Source of the DNA: Candidatus Gottesmanbacteria bacterium
GTDB lineage: Bacteria; Patescibacteriota; Microgenomatia; UBA10105; UBA927
Length of the DNA: 64,000 bases
Reading direction: 5' to 3'
Assembly (NCBI GenBank): GCA_023245355.1
Contig: JAHFKN010000001.1
Coordinates: forward strand, 2,057-66,056
Shown here: positions 36,971 through 47,455 of the stretch, piece by piece
Layout of the letters: every line of letters begins with the position of its first letter
Numbering within the stretch: the first letter of the stretch is position 1
Translations under genes and position numbers: made by a program
Notes under the pieces: generated by a model
What the model was told of the DNA's origin: nothing
Seen by the model: the letters and a program-made list of their open reading frames with translations, nothing else
Database searches by the model: none

Positions 36971-38686
36971 ATGCCTGCCCAAGATATTGTCACAAATTTA
37001 GTCACAGCCCACAAACTATCGGAAGAGCAAGCCGAGAAACTCCGTACGGAGGCGCTCAATTCCGGTACATCCATAGAGGATCTGCTGCAGGCAAAGCATG
37101 TCGTTTCCGCAGATGATTATTCCAGGGCAAAAGCCGAATCGTTGGGTATCCCGTTTATGACGATTGCGGGGCGTGCAATCACGCCGGACGTGGTGAATTT
37201 TATCCCCGAGCCGGTCGCACGGCGGTATACGCTGGTTCCGTTTCAGATAGAACCGGAAGAACGCGGCGCACTTTCCGTCGCCATGCTTGACCCTTTGGAT
37301 TTTCAGGTGATTGAATTTTTGGAAAAGAAATCCGGCCGTCCGATCAAGCCGTTCATGGGGGTTGCCGATGATATAAAAGCGGCCATCGATGAATTATATA
37401 CGCAGAGTCTCGGTGCGGACGTGACCGCGGCACTGGAAGAGTCGGCTCCTACTATCAAAACATACGAAGCAGGACATTTAGGTGAAGTCATCCGTGAAGC
37501 ACCGATAGCGCAGATTGTGTCTGCCGTGCTGGAACAGGCGATTAGGATCCGTGCATCCGATGTGCATATAGAACCGCAAATCGGAGAAACCCGGGTGCGG
37601 TACCGCGTCGACGGAATTTTGCAGGAACGCCTCATGCTCCCCCGGAGGCTTCAGGACGCGGTCGTGTCGCGTATAAAAATTCTTGCGGATCTAAAGATTG
37701 ATGAAAAACGTATTCCGCAGGACGGCAGGTTTAATTTCAAAATGGGAGAAAGCGAAGTCGATCTCCGTGTGTCCACGTTGCCGACGGTTCACGGGGAAAA
37801 AGTCGTCATGCGGTTACTCAAAAAATCCGGCGGGATTCCGACACTGGGAGATTTGGGACTCCGGGGACTGGCGCTGAAACATCTGGAAACCGCAATCAGG
37901 CGTCCGCACGGTATTATTCTGGTCACCGGCCCTACCGGGAGCGGTAAAACGACGACACTGTATTCCGTACTCGCAATTCTCAATAACGCCAAAGTGAATA
38001 TCATGACACTGGAGGATCCGGTTGAGTATGAGATAACCGGCGTGAATCAGGTTCAGATCAACCCGGCAGCCGGACTGACGTTTGCCACGGGACTACGGAG
38101 TTTCCTGCGGCAGGATCCCAATATTATTCTGGTCGGAGAAATCCGCGACGGTGAGACAACGGAACTGGCTATCCAGGCGGCACTTACCGGACATTTGGTG
38201 TTCTCTACCCTTCACACCAATAACGCATCAGGCGCTATACCGCGGTTAATCGATCTGGGTGCCGAGCCGTTTCTGGTGGCGTCCGCGCTTAACGCAGTTG
38301 TCGGTCAGCGTATCGCCCGGCGGCTGTGCCCTACCTGTAAGGAAGAGTACGTGCCGGATGAAGCAGTGCTTGCCGACATGAGAAAAGTCGTCGGTTCTCT
38401 GTGGCCTCAAGATAAACCCATGATGCTGTACAAAGGAAAAGGGACCGTGGCAGGAGCTGCGTGTGAAACGTGCGGAGGGAGCGGGTATGTCGGACGGCTG
38501 GGTGTGTTCGAGGTGTTCCCGGTTACCGACGCGATCAGCAAATTAACGCTGACGCGCGCGCCGATGAAGGATATAGAAAATCAGGCAATAGCAGACGGGA
38601 TGATTTCCATGAAACAGGACGGATATCTTAAGGCACTGGAAGCGGTGACAACGATCGAGGAAGTGCTGAGGGTCGCACAGGACTAA
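36971..38686 (+). CDS. pilB: Type IV pilus assembly ATPase (PilB/GspE)
   Basis: ASDVHIEP, PQDGR, GPTGSGKTTTLY, EDPVE, LRQDP, TGHLVFSTLHTN, C..C/C..C zinc motif. Confidence 0.95.
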   Translation: MPAQDIVTNLVTAHKLSEEQAEKLRTEALNSGTSIEDLLQAKHVVSADDYSRAKAESLGIPFMTIAGRAITPDVVNFIPEPVARRYTLVPFQIEPEERGALSVAMLDPLDFQVIEFLEKKSGRPIKPFMGVADDIKAAIDELYTQSLGADVTAALEESAPTIKTYEAGHLGEVIREAPIAQIVSAVLEQAIRIRASDVHIEPQIGETRVRYRVDGILQERLMLPRRLQDAVVSRIKILADLKIDEKRIPQDGRFNFKMGESEVDLRVSTLPTVHGEKVVMRLLKKSGGIPTLGDLGLRGLALKHLETAIRRPHGIILVTGPTGSGKTTTLYSVLAILNNAKVNIMTLEDPVEYEITGVNQVQINPAAGLTFATGLRSFLRQDPNIILVGEIRDGETTELAIQAALTGHLVFSTLHTNNASGAIPRLIDLGAEPFLVASALNAVVGQRIARRLCPTCKEEYVPDEAVLADMRKVVGSLWPQDKPMMLYKGKGTVAGAACETCGGSGYVGRLGVFEVFPVTDAISKLTLTRAPMKDIENQAIADGMISMKQDGYLKALEAVTTIEEVLRVAQD

Positions 38687-38692
38687 CATACT

Positions 38693-39751
38693 ATGGATAT
38701 ACAGCAATTATTTTCGGAAGCTGCACGCAAAGAGGCATCAGATCTTCATTTGGTTGTGGGTTTTCCGCCCATGCTCAGGGTTTCAGGGGTACTGTTTCCG
38801 GTAGAGGGAACCTCTATCCTTACCGACGAAGAAGCGAAAAGTTTAATATACGGAACGTTTACTGCTGATCAGAAAGATATTTACGAAACAAACCGTGAGA
38901 TCGATTATTCCCTGCCGACGTCCGTCGGGCGTTTCCGGGTAAATGTGTACATGCAAAAGACGACGATTGCAGGAGCGTTCCGGTTGATCCCCCAACAAAT
39001 TAAATCGATAGAAGCATTAGGTTTGCCCGAAATATGTCACCAGTTTGTAAAACTGCGTCAGGGACTTGTGCTGGTGACGGGGCCTACCGGGCATGGGAAA
39101 TCGACCACATTAGCGTCGATGATCAACGTGATAAATCAGGGGAAAGCAACACACATCGTTACCATCGAAGACCCGATAGAGTACGTGTATCCCCCGGGTC
39201 AGTCCATTGTCTCCCAGCGGGAGATGCACAGCGACACGCATTCGTACAACGTCGCACTCCGGAGTGTTCTGCGCGAAGATCCCGATGTTGTGCTGATCGG
39301 AGAAATGCGGGATTTCGAAACAATTCAGTCAGCTATCACGATTGCTGAAACCGGCCACTTGGTGTTTGCGACGCTGCACACGAATTCTGCCGCCCAGACC
39401 ATAGACCGTATTGTGGACGTGTTTCCGGAGAATCAACAGACGCAGGTGCGGTTGCAGTTATCCAATGTGTTGGAAGGAGTGCTTTCGTTGCGTCTTATCC
39501 CGGCTCTTTCCGGCGGCCGCGTGCCCGCGTCAGAAATTCTTACCGCCACCCCCGCCGTCCGTACACTTATCCGTGAAGGGAAAACACATCAGATAGATAA
39601 CATTATTCAGACGAGCGCTGAATTCGGCATGATGACGCTGGAAACATCGCTCGCGCAGCTGGTAAAAGCAGGAGTACTCGGACTTGATATCGCGTCATCG
39701 TATGCGTTGCGGCCGGAAGAACTCGGCCGGCTTCTCAAACGGACAACCTGA
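38693..39751 (+). CDS. pilT: Type IV pilus retraction ATPase
   Basis: ASDLHL, GPTGHGKSTTLA, LREDPDV, AETGHLVFATLHT, AVRTLIRE motif. Confidence 0.95.
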   Translation: MDIQQLFSEAARKEASDLHLVVGFPPMLRVSGVLFPVEGTSILTDEEAKSLIYGTFTADQKDIYETNREIDYSLPTSVGRFRVNVYMQKTTIAGAFRLIPQQIKSIEALGLPEICHQFVKLRQGLVLVTGPTGHGKSTTLASMINVINQGKATHIVTIEDPIEYVYPPGQSIVSQREMHSDTHSYNVALRSVLREDPDVVLIGEMRDFETIQSAITIAETGHLVFATLHTNSAAQTIDRIVDVFPENQQTQVRLQLSNVLEGVLSLRLIPALSGGRVPASEILTATPAVRTLIREGKTHQIDNIIQTSAEFGMMTLETSLAQLVKAGVLGLDIASSYALRPEELGRLLKRTT

Positions 39752-39777
39752 CGCCAGAAAGAGTAAGGAACTGACAT

Positions 39778-40986
39778 ATGGCATTTTTTTCCTACAAAGC
39801 ACGGGATTCCGCAGGTAAAACGGTGAACGGACTTGTGGAAGCAATATCAAAAGATGCGGCAACCAAGCTGCTGCATGAAAAACAACTGTTTATTATCGGC
39901 ATCACGGAGACCCACGGACCGTCAAAAGGATCGTCATCCAAACAGTTTCAGCGTGTGGGGTTCGGAGAAATAGTAAATTTTACCCGCCAGTTGTCGACCA
40001 TGGTGGTCGCCGGGTTATCTCTTCCGGAGTCACTTTCCATTCTGCGGGCACAAACTACTAACCCGGCGTTCGGCAGCGTGCTGATGGAAATCGAGCATCA
40101 GATTGTCGGCGGCGGAAACTTAGGTGACGCGCTTGCCAAATATCCGCAGCATTTTTCGGCAATTTATATAGCCCTTATCCGGGCCGGAGAATCGTCCGGA
40201 CAACTGGATCAGGTCCTGGCCCGGCTTGCGGACTCCATGGAATCCCAGCGCGATTTCCGCAGTAAGGTGGCCGGCGCCATGATTTATCCCGTGATTATTT
40301 TGGTCGGTATGGGTATAGTCGTGATGATCATGATGACGGTTGTCATCCCGAAGCTTACCGAACTGTACGCGGATTTCGGTGTCGATCTGCCGTTTGCCAC
40401 ACAGCTGCTTATTACGATCTCTAAGTTTTTTGTCGTCTGGTGGTGGATGATGATTGCTCTTGCCGTCGGAGGCTTTTACGGGTTTATGCGGTGGAAGAAA
40501 ACAAAAATCGGCGAATTAGTGGTCGATACCATCGTGCTGCATGTTCCCCTGTTCGGAGAACTTCAGAAAAAAATTATTCTTGTGGAATTTACCCGTACAT
40601 TATCCATGCTTATTTCATCCGGTATCCGGCTTCTGGACGCATTGCATATATTAAAGGACGCATTGGGTAACGTGTTGTTCCGGAATGCCATCGTCGATAT
40701 TTCCAAAAAAGTGGAACGCGGATTTCCGCTCGGGGAAACATTTTCCCAGTATCCCGTGTTTCCGCCGATTGTGTCGCAAATGATGAAGGTCGGAGAAGAA
40801 ACGGGAAAACTTGATGATACGCTGCTGAAGTTGTCTAAATATTTCGCGTCGGAATCAGAGAATCTTGTGAAGGGACTAACGACGGCCATAGAGCCGATCA
40901 TTATGGTCATCCTGGGAGTCGGCGTCGGGTTCATTGTCATCTCGGTAATTACTCCTATTTACAACTTGACAAGTCAATTTAAATAA
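39778..40986 (+). CDS. pilC: Type IV pilus platform protein (PilC/GspF)
   Basis: FTRQLSTM..AGL, AGESSGQL, AMIYP, VGEETGKL, IEP. Confidence 0.95.
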   Translation: MAFFSYKARDSAGKTVNGLVEAISKDAATKLLHEKQLFIIGITETHGPSKGSSSKQFQRVGFGEIVNFTRQLSTMVVAGLSLPESLSILRAQTTNPAFGSVLMEIEHQIVGGGNLGDALAKYPQHFSAIYIALIRAGESSGQLDQVLARLADSMESQRDFRSKVAGAMIYPVIILVGMGIVVMIMMTVVIPKLTELYADFGVDLPFATQLLITISKFFVVWWWMMIALAVGGFYGFMRWKKTKIGELVVDTIVLHVPLFGELQKKIILVEFTRTLSMLISSGIRLLDALHILKDALGNVLFRNAIVDISKKVERGFPLGETFSQYPVFPPIVSQMMKVGEETGKLDDTLLKLSKYFASESENLVKGLTTAIEPIIMVILGVGVGFIVISVITPIYNLTSQFK

Positions 40987-41516
40987 TGATAAACCTAAGT
41001 CATATGAGAAATTATTCTGCCGCAAATAAAGGGTTTACTCTTATCGAATTGTTAATCGTTATCGCGTTGTTAGGAGCGCTCGCGGTAGGATTACTTGCTA
41101 CCATTGATCCGTTTGAACAACTGAAAAAAGGCCGTGACACATCACTCCGGAACACGGTATCGGAATTTTACAATGCGAACCTGCGGTATTACGCTACCAA
41201 GGGACAATTCCCGTGGGGCACCAGCGCTACTGCCGGAAGTTCATACCCGGGCTTTACCAGCACGATCACCGAGCTTATCACGGTCGGAGAGCTGAAGAAC
41301 CGGTTCCAGGAATTGGCCGGAAGCGGCAATCTGGCAAAGATATATGTGAATTCGACAAGCGCCGAGCATATATCAGCCTGTTTCCGCCCGGAGTCAAAGG
41401 CATTTCAGGAAGACCTGAACACTATTTATGACTCCAGCGGTGCGACATCAGCAGTCGCATGCAAGTCCCAGACAACGGGAACTGCCGGATCAGACTGCTG
41501 GTTCTGTATCCAGTAA
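40986..41516 (+). CDS. Type IV prepilin (candidate major pilin)
   Basis: KG/FTLIELLIVI class III signal; Cys residues near the C-terminus. Confidence 0.9.
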   Translation: MINLSHMRNYSAANKGFTLIELLIVIALLGALAVGLLATIDPFEQLKKGRDTSLRNTVSEFYNANLRYYATKGQFPWGTSATAGSSYPGFTSTITELITVGELKNRFQELAGSGNLAKIYVNSTSAEHISACFRPESKAFQEDLNTIYDSSGATSAVACKSQTTGTAGSDCWFCIQ

Positions 41517-41552
41517 CCCTGGTGCAGATTCGGATTCTGCTATAATTCTTTC

Positions 41553-43565
41553 ATGATTGGTTCATGGCTGAGTGCCGCGGTTTCCGCAATACTATTCCTT
41601 TTCTTTCAGGCGCAGGGTATTTATACCGGAGACAGCGGTGACTTGGTGACTGCATCTGCAGTCGGAGGAGTCCCCCACCCTCCCGGATATCCGTTGTATA
41701 CATGGCTTGGGTGGTTAATCTCTCATATGCCCGTTCTTACGGCATCCTGGCGGCTTACGCTGCTTTCTTCTGTTCCTCACGCCATAACCGTTGGTTTGGT
41801 GTATGCCCTCATTTATCGGCTGACGAAAAAGAACGTATTAGCAAGTGTATTCGGCGCTGTTTCTCTGAGTGTTAACTATCTGTTTTTCCTTTACAGTGTC
41901 ACGCCGGAAGTGTTTGCCCTGTTTGACTTGTTTGTCGTGCTTTTGTGGTATCTGTTGTTTACCTGGCAGGAGAGCAAAAACATCCGATACCTTTACGGTG
42001 CACTCTTTGTGTTCGGTCTGTCTCTGTCTCATCATCATGTCATGTTGTTTTTTATACCGGCAATTCTTTATTTTTTGTGGGCAAACCGCGTCACGTTTAT
42101 TTCTTCCATGAAACGCCCCGCATCGATTGCGGGCGGTATCGGGCTTGTCGCATTGGGGTTTTTGCCTTACCTGTATATTCCGTTTGCAGCAGCCCGGGAT
42201 CCGATAATCAATTGGGACCGGGTCGTCAATGTAGGAGCATTCTGGCGTCTTATAAGCCGAGCTGACTACGGCACCTTTGTGTCGGGAGGATCGTTCGGCC
42301 AGACGCTCGGGGAGCGCTGGCTTTCCGTCATCGCATACGGGCAGTTTTTGGTTACGGATTGGTCGCTTGTCGGCATAGTACTTGCGGCGGCAGGGTTGTT
42401 TTCCTGGTGGCGTACCATGCGCGTACGGTTCTGGTCCTGGATTATCGCCCTGCTTTCCATCGGGCCGCTCTTCCTTTTTTATGCAAGCTTCCCTCTGGCC
42501 AGCAGATTTACACTCGGCACGTATGAGCGGTTTTTACTCCCGGAGTATACGCTGGTATCCGTACTCATCGGTGTCGGACTGGCGGCATGTATGGATTTTT
42601 TCAGCATGGCGCTGCGCCCGTATGTTGATACGAAGAAACGCCGGGCAATTATTGCGCTATTGGGACTTATATTCATGATCTATCCGGTTTCCTTAGGGAG
42701 TGTCACCTTGTGGAGGTTTTGGGGATTTTCCGGCGACCGGACGGCCGAAAATCTCGGACGCGATATTCTCGCCAATACGCCGCAAAACGCAGTGCTGCTT
42801 CTTTCTCAGGATACGGCGTTATTTACCACGCAGTATGTTCGGTACGTGCTGGGCGTGCGGACTGATACGGCTGTTATCCATGCGGCACGGTTGTCTCTTC
42901 CTGATTATCAGATCGTGCTTAAAAAACATTTTCCGCGCTTGAGATTTCCGTCCGTGTCTCAGGCGGAATTTCTTTCCGCGTTCGTAAAAGAAAACAGTGC
43001 CCCTCAAACCAGGGTGTTTAGCAATATTAATCTTCCTATCGGAGACGGATGGTATTGGGTACCGCGCGGGTTACTCTATGAAGCGATTCCCTCCGAAGAG
43101 CTTCCTTCGGTTTCTGACATGTACGGCAGGGTGCTAGCAATCAGAACACAGATACATAATCCGCGTGCCGGTATCCTGTCCCGCTATCCGCATCTTATGC
43201 TTTCCGACGTGCTCGACGTGTATGCCTCGGGACATATCGCGCTTGGGAAAACGCTGGTCCGTGCTGATAAGTGGGATGAAGCCAGGCAGGAATTTGCCCA
43301 AGCCGTGGCTTTGGACGGAGACACCAGTGTTGTGGAAGCGCTCGAGTTGTTCGGCCTTACTCAGGTATACATGAAAGACTGCCGCGGCGCACTTTTGTCA
43401 TTTGAGGAAGCGAAGCGGAAATCATTTGTAGCCTCCCCTTCGCACCTTAGGCTGGAATCCGTTACGTATGGTGAGTGCCTGGGGGATGCGGTGCGTGCCC
43501 GGGAGCTTTTTTCTGAATATGAACGGCTGAAGAAAGCATCGGAGCAACCACTAGAAGCGCTGTAA
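41553..43565 (+). CDS. DUF2723 (TMEM260-like) GT-C membrane glycosyltransferase with a C-terminal TPR-like region
   Basis: GDSGDL......GVPHPPGYPLY signature, many TM helices, LSHH, P.INW. Confidence 0.8.
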   Translation: MIGSWLSAAVSAILFLFFQAQGIYTGDSGDLVTASAVGGVPHPPGYPLYTWLGWLISHMPVLTASWRLTLLSSVPHAITVGLVYALIYRLTKKNVLASVFGAVSLSVNYLFFLYSVTPEVFALFDLFVVLLWYLLFTWQESKNIRYLYGALFVFGLSLSHHHVMLFFIPAILYFLWANRVTFISSMKRPASIAGGIGLVALGFLPYLYIPFAAARDPIINWDRVVNVGAFWRLISRADYGTFVSGGSFGQTLGERWLSVIAYGQFLVTDWSLVGIVLAAAGLFSWWRTMRVRFWSWIIALLSIGPLFLFYASFPLASRFTLGTYERFLLPEYTLVSVLIGVGLAACMDFFSMALRPYVDTKKRRAIIALLGLIFMIYPVSLGSVTLWRFWGFSGDRTAENLGRDILANTPQNAVLLLSQDTALFTTQYVRYVLGVRTDTAVIHAARLSLPDYQIVLKKHFPRLRFPSVSQAEFLSAFVKENSAPQTRVFSNINLPIGDGWYWVPRGLLYEAIPSEELPSVSDMYGRVLAIRTQIHNPRAGILSRYPHLMLSDVLDVYASGHIALGKTLVRADKWDEARQEFAQAVALDGDTSVVEALELFGLTQVYMKDCRGALLSFEEAKRKSFVASPSHLRLESVTYGECLGDAVRARELFSEYERLKKASEQPLEAL

Positions 43566-45699
43566 ATATCGTACTTACAAGACTCAGCCCTATTCCCCAG
43601 CGGATGCTGAGAGGCGTATATTCAAACGTTACAATGTGATTGCCTTTAGGGATCATAACGGCCCGCTGGGAAAGATTTGCAGTAAGAATCGGCGTGTTTT
43701 GGCCGTCGACAGCAGCTGTCCAGCCGGGATAATTGGTGTCAGAAAGTACCAGGAATGCATCAGACGCGGTATGTATATCAAGCGTTACGGATGCATGCGT
43801 GTTCTGCTTCCAGACAACGGTGTTTCCGCCGGGTAGCGCTGGCGTACCGCGTAACCCGGATATGAATGATGCAAGGTGCGGAATTTTTTTCACTTCATGA
43901 GTTTCCAACAGCACGGATGTTCCTGCCGGAAGGCTGGGTCCTGTCAGTGTTGCGACAGCTTCCGTAAGGGTTGCTGCGGTCGTTGCTTCAGAAACGAGAT
44001 ACGCCCGTGGCACATATTCCGGATTTTCGTAGAGTGTAAGATCCGTGTCCCCTTCCCGGACACTCGTGACAGGAATGAGATTGGCAGCATCTACAGGGAG
44101 AAATGAGAGGATATACCGCACGGAAAATAGATCCAGCATTTTTTCGGCTGATATCGTCGCAGTCCGGTCATTTGTTTTGATCGATTCAGATAGCAGGCTG
44201 TCGGTGATAGCAGGACGTTTAAGATATCGGCCTGCATACACATTGTGCTGCATTACCCCCCACAGCACGTTACTGTCAGGGGAGAGTCCGAGACGGAGGA
44301 ACCGGTATGGTTCAGGGGAATTCCATCCGGATTTGGTCACGAAGCGGTTGTAGATTGCACCGTGTCCGACCGTTATCACTCTGTCAGAGCCGATCAGATT
44401 GGCTATGGCGGGTTTGCTGAGCCAGGTTTGTGCCGGCTCTATCATATGATACGACCACCAGGTTGTTATTAGCTGCGTCGTGTGCAGAAGAACAATGACC
44501 GCAATCAGTATATGCACGCGTTTGTTCTGAGTTTTCCGGAGCAGATAGTCCAATACATACCCTCCTGATAATGCAATTGCAATAATCGAAAGCCAGAGAA
44601 ATCTGGACGGTACCCGAAAAAGCGTAAGCGGCCATATGCTGAAAAGAATATAAGAAGGCGCGTATTTGCCGCCGGCAAGTACCAGACTTATACCCATACT
44701 GCACAGTAATAACGGCATGAGGCGTATTTTTTTTATATATAACAACGCAAGCGGCAGCAGAAGTATGGGTAAAAGCCCTATATACGCGGTATTTTCCCAG
44801 AAGATACTGCCGTCAAACGCATAAAAAGGAGGGTATGTTCCTGTTTTCGGGTTGCCAAGTGCAAACGGCTGCAAAAAGCTGATCAGATGCTTAACCGGCA
44901 TCGAATACATGGTGGAGGTAGCAGGAGAAAATCCCGAAGGATCGGTACTGGCGCGCAAAAATTCATATGAGGGGAGTATCTGCGCGCTTCCGCCTATGAT
45001 GCCCAATATGACTCCCGCCGCCCAAATTACACAGGCTTTCCAGTTTTTTTCGACCAGCAGCGCGTGATAGAAAACAAATACGGCAGCTATCCCCAGAGTC
45101 AGAAATGTCGCCTGGGGAAATCCTGCAAAAATTTGCTGAGACAGGGCGAATGCAAGCAGTCCTGTCCAGGGAAGTGCGTTTCGGGTTACTACCAATATGC
45201 TCAGCACGGTGATGATCGGAAGCATGCTCATGCCCTGCAGGAGCGTAATGTGAGTCAGCTGTGTCATCGAAAGACCCGAAAACATGACTGACACGGCGAT
45301 AAACCAGGAAGGAAGCGGGGAAAGTTTCATGATGCGAGAAAGCCAATACATTCCTGCCCCCAAAAAAAGCACCGTTGCGGCAAGGGTTGCGTTATATGCA
45401 GCAACCGGAGAAAGCAATCGAAACAGGATAAGGTTTGGCAGGAATAACGCTCCGGTTTGTCCTTCGGCAAACACCGGAAAGCCGTCTCCTATATCATTTC
45501 TCCATAATGGCAGCGAATTGGATTTGAGTGATTCGCTCAGTATGTATTTGGTCGCGAAGCTGAAATGCCATGCGTCGCTTCTGCCGTAGTCGGGTGTGAC
45601 CAGAAGCTTGGGTTCCGGGTAAAACAACCGTGCGAAAAACAGGAGAACGAGAAAAAAAATTGCAGACAGTCCGATACAATCAGCCCACGCTCTCTTCAT
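43462..45699 (-). CDS. YfhO-family membrane protein (GT-C fold)
   Basis: PLW...G.P..A..Q, YIG, FRVPSRF; C-terminal LVLSDTNYPGWTA.VDG...RAV.IP.G.H.V.F.Y.P. Confidence 0.82.
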   Translation of the reverse strand: MKRAWADCIGLSAIFFLVLLFFARLFYPEPKLLVTPDYGRSDAWHFSFATKYILSESLKSNSLPLWRNDIGDGFPVFAEGQTGALFLPNLILFRLLSPVAAYNATLAATVLFLGAGMYWLSRIMKLSPLPSWFIAVSVMFSGLSMTQLTHITLLQGMSMLPIITVLSILVVTRNALPWTGLLAFALSQQIFAGFPQATFLTLGIAAVFVFYHALLVEKNWKACVIWAAGVILGIIGGSAQILPSYEFLRASTDPSGFSPATSTMYSMPVKHLISFLQPFALGNPKTGTYPPFYAFDGSIFWENTAYIGLLPILLLPLALLYIKKIRLMPLLLCSMGISLVLAGGKYAPSYILFSIWPLTLFRVPSRFLWLSIIAIALSGGYVLDYLLRKTQNKRVHILIAVIVLLHTTQLITTWWSYHMIEPAQTWLSKPAIANLIGSDRVITVGHGAIYNRFVTKSGWNSPEPYRFLRLGLSPDSNVLWGVMQHNVYAGRYLKRPAITDSLLSESIKTNDRTATISAEKMLDLFSVRYILSFLPVDAANLIPVTSVREGDTDLTLYENPEYVPRAYLVSEATTAATLTEAVATLTGPSLPAGTSVLLETHEVKKIPHLASFISGLRGTPALPGGNTVVWKQNTHASVTLDIHTASDAFLVLSDTNYPGWTAAVDGQNTPILTANLSQRAVMIPKGNHIVTFEYTPLSIRWGIGLSLVSTIFTALLVVAPMLSSAVHIQKKAPGHAPHPPGTHHT

Positions 45700-45777
45700 A
45701 CGTGAGATAGTCTACTTTTTTTACGCTGTTGCTGCAACGCCCTTGATTGTTAGTGCGTCTTCCCTGATACTAATTCT

Positions 45778-46527
45778 ATGGTGTACGCAATTATTGTCCT
45801 CTTCGGGTTGGTTGTCGGCTCATTCCTCAACGTGTTAATTGACCGTATTCCCCGGGGTGAAAATGTCGTGTGGAAACCCTCGCATTGCGATTATTGTAAA
45901 AAGCCGCTCCGGTGGTTTGAGCTATTTCCTGTTATTTCCTACGTGATTTTGGGCGGCAGGTGCCGGAGGTGCCGTCATACGCTTTCCATACAGTATCCGG
46001 TTATGGAAAGTATCACGGCTCTCGGATTTCTCAGCGTGTTTTTCTACACAAACACATCGGTATTCTGGTTGTTGCTTTCGTTGTGTATATTTTCTTCGCT
46101 TCTTGTCATGTTCATGATAGATATGAAGCATCAGATTATTCCGGACAGTATGCTGCTTGTCCTGCTGGTAGGTGTTGCCGTATCCGGCATCCCCCTTTCG
46201 TGGGCTGAGCGCGGACAGCATCTTGTGACCGCATTTATTTGCGGAGGGCTGTTTTTGTTTCTCTGGACGGTGACACGCGGTCGGGGTTTGGGATTCGGCG
46301 ACGTGAAATTGGTTGCAGTATTGGCGTTATTTTTGGGGTATCCGTTTTCCGTCATTATGTTATATATCGCTTTCTTGACCGGGGCAATGCTGGGTGTCAT
46401 ACTGATAGCAACCCACCGGGCAAAAATGAAAACCCGGATTGCATTCGGCCCGTTTCTTATAGCAGGATTTGCCGGTGCGATACTATTCGGTGAACCAATT
46501 CTTGTTTGGTGGCGCAGTTTATTATGA
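45778..46527 (+). CDS. pilD: Prepilin peptidase
   Basis: GSFLNV.IDR.P, SHC..C, G.CR.C, D...QIIPD, GFGDVKL, FGPFL. Confidence 0.95.
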   Translation: MVYAIIVLFGLVVGSFLNVLIDRIPRGENVVWKPSHCDYCKKPLRWFELFPVISYVILGGRCRRCRHTLSIQYPVMESITALGFLSVFFYTNTSVFWLLLSLCIFSSLLVMFMIDMKHQIIPDSMLLVLLVGVAVSGIPLSWAERGQHLVTAFICGGLFLFLWTVTRGRGLGFGDVKLVAVLALFLGYPFSVIMLYIAFLTGAMLGVILIATHRAKMKTRIAFGPFLIAGFAGAILFGEPILVWWRSLL

Positions 46528-46988
46528 AGATACACCGTACAAAAAAACGCACAGGGTTCTCACTCGTCGAACTGCTTATCACCGTTTCAATTATTGCTAT
46601 TTTGATAGCTATCGGCGTTGCTTCATACGGTACCATTAACAGACAATCCCGCGATACGAAGCGTAAAAGCGATTTGGAACAGATCCGTTCGGCGCTTGAA
46701 ATGTATCGGGCGGACATCGGGTCATATCCTTCAGCCGGCAGCGGTAGTTTTGTGGCAGCCTCCAGCGCGACGGACGCTCTTGTAGGGTTGACGCCTTCAT
46801 TGGTATCTACCTATTTGCCTGTCATACCGTCAGATCCGAAATCAACACAAAGCTACATGTACAAGGCTACGAATCCTTCCGGAGGAACCTATTATGGATA
46901 TTGCTTAAGTGCCTTATTGGAAAGTGAAGATCCGCTAGATACCTGCACACCATCGGTCGGGCAAACGTACGGTGTGAAAAATCCATGA
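46524..46988 (+). CDS. Type IV prepilin (GspG-like)
   Basis: G/FSLVELLI, RD.KRK.DL..I..ALE.Y..D.G.YP, P.DP. Confidence 0.9.
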   Translation: MKIHRTKKRTGFSLVELLITVSIIAILIAIGVASYGTINRQSRDTKRKSDLEQIRSALEMYRADIGSYPSAGSGSFVAASSATDALVGLTPSLVSTYLPVIPSDPKSTQSYMYKATNPSGGTYYGYCLSALLESEDPLDTCTPSVGQTYGVKNP

Positions 46989-47452
46989 CGAAGCACGGAT
47001 TCACGCTTATCGAGCTCCTTGTCGTTGTTTCCGTATTAGTGACTATCCTGGGGTTGGGAGTGGCCAGTTTTAACAGCTTTAACCGGCGTGAACGCATTAA
47101 ACAAACGGCCCTGACGCTAAAATCCACGTTGCGTTTCAGTCAGACTAAGGCCATTTCAGCCCAAAAACCTACCTCCAATTGTACGACATACGTAGGTATG
47201 CGCGTAAGTTTTACCGCCTCAACGTATTCGATGCAGCATGAATGTAATCCTGAGGGTGTGGTGGGGTCGGTGGAAACCGTTACATTACCGCGGGGTATTA
47301 CGTTCTCCCCTATTCCGACGTCATTTACGTTTCTTACCCGTTCAAATACGGACAGGATTACAACGGATACCCCGATAACGATGACGAACGGAACGCTGAA
47401 TTACAGTCTGATAATATCCCCCAACGGGGGCGTGCGGGCGAGCGGATTTTAA
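46985..47452 (+). CDS. Minor pilin (FimT/GspH-like)
   Basis: G/FTLIELLVV signal. Confidence 0.88.
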   Translation: MTKHGFTLIELLVVVSVLVTILGLGVASFNSFNRRERIKQTALTLKSTLRFSQTKAISAQKPTSNCTTYVGMRVSFTASTYSMQHECNPEGVVGSVETVTLPRGITFSPIPTSFTFLTRSNTDRITTDTPITMTNGTLNYSLIISPNGGVRASGF

Positions 47453-47455
47453 TCT

